Assembly: GCA_030830065.1 (NCBI GenBank)
Contig: JAURNR010000053.1
Location: 8,543 to 72,542, forward strand
Source: Bacteroidota bacterium
GTDB taxonomy: Bacteria > Bacteroidota > Bacteroidia > NS11-12g > UBA955
Reading direction: 5' to 3'
DNA length: 64,000 nt
A model generated the notes under the pieces. The model was not told the origin of the DNA, did not search any database, and saw nothing but the letters and a program-made list of their open reading frames with translations. A program made the translations under genes and the position numbers. Below, piece by piece: positions 58,401 through 64,000 of the stretch; the first letter of the stretch is position 1; each line of letters opens with the position of its first letter.

Positions 58401-58450
58401 AATACTCCTTTTTTATTTATTGTTGGAGCACCAATTTGAACGAACGAATA

Positions 58451-58771
58451 CTAAAAATCTTTCAACATCGATTCTAATTCTTCCAAGTATTCAATACTCG
58501 AATCATTAAAATCAGATTGGGTTGATGTTTGTGATATTTGCGCATTTTCATCTCCATTTTTCTGGCGAAATACATCGCCTGCAAGATCTAATGCTGCCCA
58601 TGTCATTCTATCCATGGGATCGCTTGTACCAAACTTTTTAAACCCTTCAATTCTTTTATTTAGTAATTCAGCAGCACCAATAACTGAGTCCCTGTCCGTT
58701 TCCGCCACACGAAGTCTCATTGACTTCCCATCAATTTCTACGGTAATTACTTCAGTTGGGTTGCTTTCCAT
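58451..58771 (-). CDS. zapA: cell division protein ZapA
   Basis: 106 aa. ITVEIDGKSMRLRV...AAELLNKRI fits ZapA, and its position upstream of rny is conserved. Confidence 0.78.
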   Translation of the reverse strand: MESNPTEVITVEIDGKSMRLRVAETDRDSVIGAAELLNKRIEGFKKFGTSDPMDRMTWAALDLAGDVFRQKNGDENAQISQTSTQSDFNDSSIEYLEELESMLKDF

Positions 58772-58780
58772 TTATAATAT

Positions 58781-59248
58781 TTATTCGTTTAGCAAATCAA
58801 TGCACCGGTCAATGTCTCGAATAAGTTCGTTAATCTTGATTTTTAAATCATGATTATCGGCTTTTTCATCTGACATTTCATTTGCAAGTTTAATCAATTT
58901 ATTCTGTTCCTTTAAATCGTTTATTGTATTTTTTTGAATCTCTAAGGTGTTCTCTTTCAATAAATTTTCTTCTTCTAACTCACTAATTCTAATTTTTAAC
59001 TCTCTCATTTGATCGTCAGATTCTTCTAGAAGCGCTTGTTTTCTTTCTAACTGACTATTTAATGATTCAATTTCATCTGAACTAAAATCTTGTGAATTTG
59101 CTTCTAGTTTATTTCCATCAAAATTTTCATTCTGAGATTGAAGCTTTTCCAATTCCAACTTTAAGTTGTTTATATTCAACCGATATTCAGCATTCTCTTC
59201 TAGGAGTTTTTGAATTTTATTTTTTATGGCTAAAAATCGATTATCCAT
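58781..59248 (-). CDS. coiled-coil protein of unknown function (possibly ZapB-like)
   Basis: 155 aa, almost entirely heptad-like (LKLELEKLQSQNE..., ELKIRISELEEENLL). It lies directly upstream of zapA. The function is inferred from context only. Confidence 0.45.
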   Translation of the reverse strand: MDNRFLAIKNKIQKLLEENAEYRLNINNLKLELEKLQSQNENFDGNKLEANSQDFSSDEIESLNSQLERKQALLEESDDQMRELKIRISELEEENLLKENTLEIQKNTINDLKEQNKLIKLANEMSDEKADNHDLKIKINELIRDIDRCIDLLNE

Positions 59249-59257
59249 AGGTTAAAA

Positions 59258-60130
59258 CTAATATGTTTGAAGTGTTGTAATTTTTTCTAAATAGTCACCG
59301 TATCCACTTTTTTTAAGAGGTTGTGCAATTTCTACTAATTGTTCTGTACTAATAAAACCTTGCCTCCAAGCAATTTCTTCTATACAACCAATCTTCATTC
59401 CTTGCCGCTCCTCAATAGTCTCGACGAACTGACCGGCTTGCATCAAAGAACTAAAAGTGCCTGTATCGAGCCAAGCAGTACCTCTACTCATAGTTCTCAC
59501 TTCCAACTCCCCCTTTTCCAAATACAACCTATTGATATCTGTTATTTCTAATTCTCCGCGTTCTGATGGCTTTAGATTTTTAGCCATTTCAACCACTTGG
59601 TTGTCATAAAAATAAAGACCTGGTACAGCGAAACTCGATTTTGGTTTATTCGGTTTTTCCTCAATACTTAAAGCCTTTAAGTTTTCATCAAATTCTACTA
59701 CTCCATAACGCTCTGGGTCGGAAACGTGATAAGCGAAAACAATACCCCCTTCAAATTTTTTACACCCTTGTAAAATCTGATTAAGATTAGATCCATAAAA
59801 TATATTATCTCCTAATACTAGTGCAACTGAATCATCTCCAATAAAATCCGCCCCTAATATAAATGCTTGAGCCAACCCATCGGGTGTTGGCTGGACGCAA
59901 TATTCAAATTTGCAGCCAATTCTAGAACCATCTCCCAATAATTTTTCAAAATTTGGTAAATCTTGAGGGGTAGAAATAATCAATATCTCTTTAATTCCCG
60001 CCATCATCAGTACTGACAATGGATAATATATCATGGGCTTATCGTATACCGGCATCAACTGCTTACTAACTGCCATTGTTAGCGGATATAAGCGAGTACC
60101 TGAACCACCGGCTAAAACTATCCCTTTCAT
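59258..60130 (-). CDS. rfbA: glucose-1-phosphate thymidylyltransferase
   Basis: 290 aa. [18 protein letters not shown] and full-length RmlA resemblance. Confidence 0.93.
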   Translation of the reverse strand: MKGIVLAGGSGTRLYPLTMAVSKQLMPVYDKPMIYYPLSVLMMAGIKEILIISTPQDLPNFEKLLGDGSRIGCKFEYCVQPTPDGLAQAFILGADFIGDDSVALVLGDNIFYGSNLNQILQGCKKFEGGIVFAYHVSDPERYGVVEFDENLKALSIEEKPNKPKSSFAVPGLYFYDNQVVEMAKNLKPSERGELEITDINRLYLEKGELEVRTMSRGTAWLDTGTFSSLMQAGQFVETIEERQGMKIGCIEEIAWRQGFISTEQLVEIAQPLKKSGYGDYLEKITTLQTY

Positions 60131-60134
60131 ATCT

Positions 60135-60142
60135 CAAAGATA
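60135..60142 (-). promoter_or_regulatory. candidate -7 promoter box TATCTTTG for rfbA
   Basis: Exact TAnnTTTG on the minus strand, 4 nt upstream of ATG 60130. Confidence 0.4.
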
Positions 60143-60177
60143 CAAAGGACAGACGCTAAATTCGAATGATTTACTGA

Positions 60178-61476
60178 TTAAATAAGTTCAATCACAAAAT
60201 AATTCTTCTTTCCCTTTTGCAAAATCACATATCTTTCATGTAAAGCAGCGCTCATATTTATTGTTCCATCAACATTTGTATATTTTTCCTTGTTGATAGA
60301 AAATCCATTTGCCGCTATCATCTTTCTAGCCTCACCTTTTGATGGGAAAATACTTGTTTCAACAGCAAGCAAATCTAAAATATTGGTTCCTTTTTCAAGC
60401 TTTTCTTTATCAACTTCAAATTTTTCCATTCCTTCTAAAGAAGCTTTTAATGTTGGCTCATTCAATGCTGACAAATCTTCAGCACTGCCCTTTCCAAAGA
60501 ATACTTGAGTAGCTTTTTCAGCAAGTTCTAATGCTTCTTCTCCATGTACACGTATCGTCATTTCTTCAGCTAACGCCTTTTGAAGACTTCTTAAATATTC
60601 TTGACCTTGATGATTTGCAATTAAACTTTCAATCTCTGATCTGGATTTCAGAGAATAAATTTTGATGAATTTTGAAGCATCTTCGTCGGCCACATTTAAC
60701 CAGAACTGATAGAATGCAAATGCAGATGTCTTTTCTGGATCTAACCATACATTGCCCCCTTCTGATTTTCCAAATTTACTACCATCAGATTTTGTAATTA
60801 AAGGAGCAGTTATAGCAAAAGCCTCTCCCGATGCTTTTCTACGAATTAATTCAGTCCCTGTTGTAATGTTACCCCACTGATCGCTACCCCCCATTTGCAG
60901 TTTACAGCTTTTTTCAGTGTATAAATGATAAAAATCATATCCCTGAACCAATTGATAAGAAAATTCTGTGAATGACAAACCACCTGATTCCAAGCGGTTT
61001 TTAACACTATCTTTTCCCATCATATAGCTTACGGTGATATGCTTACCAACATCTCTAATAAAATCAAGAAAACCCCAATCCTTAAACCAGTCATAGTTAT
61101 TAACCACCTCAGCGCCTGTTTCAGATTCATTAAAATCTAAAAACCTCATTAACTGGCTCTTTTGACCTTCAAGATTTTTTTGAAGCGCATCCCAATCTAA
61201 GAGTTTTCTTTCAGCACTTTTTCCACTCGGATCTCCAACCATTCCCGTTGCTCCACCAATCAAAACTAATGGCTTATGCCCAGCTTTTTGAAATAACGTA
61301 AGCAACATAATGGGTACCATGTTTCCAATATGTAAGGAATCAGCAGTAGGATCAAATCCAATATAAGCTGTAACTCTCTCTTTATTTAATAGCTCTTCCG
61401 TTCCAGGGATTGAGTCATGCAACAATCCTCTCCACTTTAATTCTTCAATAAAATCAAAATTTGGTTTAAAACTCAT
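60178..61476 (-). CDS. tyrS: tyrosine--tRNA ligase
   Basis: 432 aa with HIGH as SLHIGN, KMSKS as KFGKSEGG and a C-terminal S4 domain. Confidence 0.93.
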   Translation of the reverse strand: MSFKPNFDFIEELKWRGLLHDSIPGTEELLNKERVTAYIGFDPTADSLHIGNMVPIMLLTLFQKAGHKPLVLIGGATGMVGDPSGKSAERKLLDWDALQKNLEGQKSQLMRFLDFNESETGAEVVNNYDWFKDWGFLDFIRDVGKHITVSYMMGKDSVKNRLESGGLSFTEFSYQLVQGYDFYHLYTEKSCKLQMGGSDQWGNITTGTELIRRKASGEAFAITAPLITKSDGSKFGKSEGGNVWLDPEKTSAFAFYQFWLNVADEDASKFIKIYSLKSRSEIESLIANHQGQEYLRSLQKALAEEMTIRVHGEEALELAEKATQVFFGKGSAEDLSALNEPTLKASLEGMEKFEVDKEKLEKGTNILDLLAVETSIFPSKGEARKMIAANGFSINKEKYTNVDGTINMSAALHERYVILQKGKKNYFVIELI

Positions 61477-61478
61477 TA

Positions 61479-61913
61479 CTAATCCTCTTTTTCAATTCTC
61501 GCTTTTAATGTATCTGATATGGCTTGTTTCATTTTCTCAGTGTCTTCTTCACTGAGTCCACTTGTAGCAAAAGAAACTACTTGAGCTGTTTCCTTTAACA
61601 TAAAGTTTATTTCAAAATTTAAATAGTCTATTCGCTGTATAAATTTCCATGGAATATATTTATAACTAGAAAAAATATGTTCGCGCCAAGAAACACCTTC
61701 TTCATCAACTTGGAAGAAGTATTCTCCCTTTCTTTTTTGATAAATTCCTAATAATAGCACTATCCCTAAAACTAAAGCAATTCCTCCTCCGGTCCAGCCA
61801 AAAAATCCATAGTGGAATGCAAAAATTATAAAAACCCCAATACCAGAAATCACAAGAGCAGGTATTTCTGATTTAGTCTTTGGTATTTCACCATAAAATT
61901 TTACTTCCGACAT
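61479..61913 (-). CDS. hypothetical two-TM membrane protein with cytoplasmic PH-like domain
   Basis: 144 aa with two adjacent TM helices followed by a soluble domain. I recognise no family. Confidence 0.45.
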   Translation of the reverse strand: MSEVKFYGEIPKTKSEIPALVISGIGVFIIFAFHYGFFGWTGGGIALVLGIVLLLGIYQKRKGEYFFQVDEEGVSWREHIFSSYKYIPWKFIQRIDYLNFEINFMLKETAQVVSFATSGLSEEDTEKMKQAISDTLKARIEKED

Positions 61914-62617
61914 TATTCAACAACTAATTTCTCTGAAAACTCTTCGGTTTTTATAAAATAAATTCCTGGTAATATTTTATCTAAAGAAATAGAATAATGC
62001 CCCTTCTTAACCTCTGCTACTGGTGAAAATATTTGCTGCCCCATATTGTTGAACAGAGAAGGTTGGTGTTTTGAGAAAATATTAACCAATTTGCTCGCTG
62101 GGTTGGGTGATATATTGGTATGGCTTTTTACTAGTTCAACATTTGAGTTTGAACCACCACTTATAAACAACGCGTAACTCCTAATAGTATCTGACTGGGA
62201 AAGCGGAAAACCAAAAGCCTTTGCATAAATAACCACTGGAATTTCAAGTGGATACATTCCGCCATTAGCAGTATTACCTTTTAACGTAATACAACTTAAT
62301 GTTAAAGGTAGAAATGTGCAGTTATTATCCTTGCATACAAATGAAAAGCCGTCTGGTAACCCAAGGCAACCTGTAATAACCATAGAGTCAATTGCCGCAT
62401 TTACAGTTTGCCCTTGAATACTGACCATAGTATCAGAAAAAAGCATCACTGTAATTCGTTCACTGTAGTCTACATTTACCTCACCTGAAGGCAAAGCCAA
62501 TGGCAAAGTACCTGGTTGTGTGAGAGATGAATCAGGGGTGCAATCTTGGGCTAATGCAGATTTTACAAAGAAAGTCATGCAAAATATGCTCAAAATACAT
62601 GAGAACTTGTGTATCAT
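61913..62617 (-). CDS. small secreted Cys-rich protein with T9SS C-terminal sorting domain
   Basis: 234 aa with a signal peptide (SIFCMTFFVKSALAQ). The C-terminal ISPNPASKLVNIF...LFNNMGQQIF...PGIYFIKTE...KLVVE fits a T9SS CTD. Confidence 0.6.
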   Translation of the reverse strand: MIHKFSCILSIFCMTFFVKSALAQDCTPDSSLTQPGTLPLALPSGEVNVDYSERITVMLFSDTMVSIQGQTVNAAIDSMVITGCLGLPDGFSFVCKDNNCTFLPLTLSCITLKGNTANGGMYPLEIPVVIYAKAFGFPLSQSDTIRSYALFISGGSNSNVELVKSHTNISPNPASKLVNIFSKHQPSLFNNMGQQIFSPVAEVKKGHYSISLDKILPGIYFIKTEEFSEKLVVE

Positions 62618-62646
62618 TGTGTTTAGTATTATTTCTACGAATTTAC

Positions 62647-64000
62647 ATGGAATTTAGGAATCGACTTCAATTGTTTGCGCTGTATTCTATACTAATCGGT
62701 ATAATACACCCAGTAATGGGCCAAAAAATTAGCGATTCCTCTAATTATGAATACCTTGATGCAGTAGTAGTATCGTCCAATAAGGAAGAGAGTAAATTAA
62801 AAAACAATGTACTCGGGATTTCAATTTTAAAGCCCTATTTAATTGAAAACAAGATAACTACAAATTTTTCTACTGGGCTTCAACAAGTTTCAGGTATTAC
62901 TGTAAATGACGACCAAGTAAACATCCGTAATGGCAGCGGTTGGAGTTATGGTGCAGGAAGTCGAGTAATGGTATGTGTTGATGAAATGCCAATGATAACT
63001 GGCGACGCGGGCTCGGTACCATTTAGTTATTTACCTACTGAAGCAATTGGGAACGTTGAAGTTATAAAAAGCGCCGGATCGGTTGTATATGGTTCATCGG
63101 CCTTAAATGGTGTAATCAACCTAAGAACTAAAGATATTCCTAAAAAAGGATTTGGCGAGGTTAATATTATAGCCGGAACCTACGATGTTCCCAACCAATT
63201 AAAATATAGGAGTAAAAGACTCTTTCAATACGGAATAAATGGGTATTTCGGAAAACAAATTCGTGATCATTCTTACATTATTACTTGGAATCAGTTAAAT
63301 GATGACGGTTACCGACAAAGTGATTTTGATAACCGTTTACGAATAGGTGCTCGTTATGTATATAACCCCAATTGGCTGCCTCAATTAAAATTGCATTTAA
63401 ACGGACAACTACAAAAAGGCGAAAGCGGGTCTTTTTTAATTTGGAGAAGCGATACTTTCGGATACAATACTCAAAATAACAGCGTGACAAAAACTTTAGG
63501 TACACGATTTAATATTGATCCCAAAATAACATGGAATGGTAAAATTTGGAATCACACATTCCAAAACCGCTTTTTCAAGGTGGTTAATGATATTGACAAT
63601 GGAGATCCCGATAATAATCAGGATAATAAAAGTGATTTCTACTATTCCGAATGGCGAAGTGCTCGTTATTTCGGAAAATATTTAAAAACAACGCTAGGAG
63701 CTGTAAACACTTTCACAACCACCGAGTCTCCCTTATTCGGAGGAACTCATAAAGCCCAAAACCATGCCGGATACTTGCAGTTAAACTACAAAAGATTTGG
63801 TTGGGTTTTTGAAGGTGGATCGCGATTTGAATACTTCAAACTTGACGAGAAACAACGCTCAAGACCAGTATTTAGAGCCGGAGTTAACAAACAACTCGCT
63901 CGAGGAACATTTTTACGTGCCTCATATGGTGAAGGATATAGGTTTCCGAGCATGGCGGAGTTGTTCACAGCCACGAGCAGTGGAGGTGTTTCCGTATTAC
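62647..64000 (+). CDS. TonB-dependent receptor, N-terminal 451 codons (continues past the right window edge)
   Basis: Absent from the ORF track because there is no stop in the window. Hand translation from ATG 62647 is open to 64000. It has a signal peptide (MEFRNRLQLFALYSILIGIIHPVMG) and a plug domain (VNIRNGSGWSYGAGSRVMVCVDEMP...IGNVEVIKSAGSVVYGSSALNGVINLRTK). Confidence 0.85.
   Translation, partial: MEFRNRLQLFALYSILIGIIHPVMGQKISDSSNYEYLDAVVVSSNKEESKLKNNVLGISILKPYLIENKITTNFSTGLQQVSGITVNDDQVNIRNGSGWSYGAGSRVMVCVDEMPMITGDAGSVPFSYLPTEAIGNVEVIKSAGSVVYGSSALNGVINLRTKDIPKKGFGEVNIIAGTYDVPNQLKYRSKRLFQYGINGYFGKQIRDHSYIITWNQLNDDGYRQSDFDNRLRIGARYVYNPNWLPQLKLHLNGQLQKGESGSFLIWRSDTFGYNTQNNSVTKTLGTRFNIDPKITWNGKIWNHTFQNRFFKVVNDIDNGDPDNNQDNKSDFYYSEWRSARYFGKYLKTTLGAVNTFTTTESPLFGGTHKAQNHAGYLQLNYKRFGWVFEGGSRFEYFKLDEKQRSRPVFRAGVNKQLARGTFLRASYGEGYRFPSMAELFTATSSGGVSVL

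Noticed and set aside
58401-58450. 6S RNA (ssrS) downstream of zapA, as in the enterobacterial zapA-ssrS arrangement.
   Set aside because: Only 50 nt separate zapA from rny, and no extended hairpin is present. There is no room for an RNA of about 180 nt.

Overview
This is a 64 kb, low-GC, densely coding chromosomal segment that looks like a Bacteroidota (Flavobacteriia-like) core genome. Supporting this assignment are a SusC/SusD pair, T9SS C-terminal sorting domains, a UpxY/NusG-like gene, a DUF4292-EnvC neighbourhood, near-absent Shine-Dalgarno sequences and many TAnnTTTG promoter boxes. I call about 62 protein genes. They include four aminoacyl-tRNA ligases (cysS partial, asnS, tyrS) plus gatA, and translation/RNA genes (rplY, rsfS, era, rny, rsmI). 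Metabolic and housekeeping genes include prs, birA, accA, folK, dut, sod, tatA, lnt and zapA. Envelope polysaccharide genes are scattered (rfbB, rfbD, rfbA, galE, a flippase, WbqC, acetyl- and nucleotidyltransferases). There are also two M16 peptidases, an OmpA with thrombospondin-type repeats, a DUF1800/DUF1501 pair and a partial TonB-dependent receptor at the right edge. RNA genes are tRNA-Gln(TTG), tRNA-Glu(TTC), an initiator-type tRNA-Met(CAT) and a decayed tRNA-Met-like copy. I found no rRNA, CRISPR array, transposase, integrase or recognisable defence island, and no convincing multi-gene novel system. The observations most worth following up are: (1) exact -7 promoter boxes sit 4-9 nt upstream of about a dozen start codons, implying widespread leaderless or near-leaderless mRNAs. 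(2) A DUF1501 protein carries both a twin-arginine signal and a T9SS C-terminal domain, next to a DUF1800 partner. (3) The tRNA-fMet locus has a decayed tandem tRNA copy, a 26-codon GIY-YIG relic and an AT-rich two-gene cassette. (4) A SusCD pair has no CAZymes and lies behind a secreted 978-aa M16 peptidase and a 570-bp non-coding leader. (5) asnS carries a roughly 70-aa coiled-coil insertion. All functional calls rest on my reading of the translated ORFs and recalled family motifs; no database search was run.
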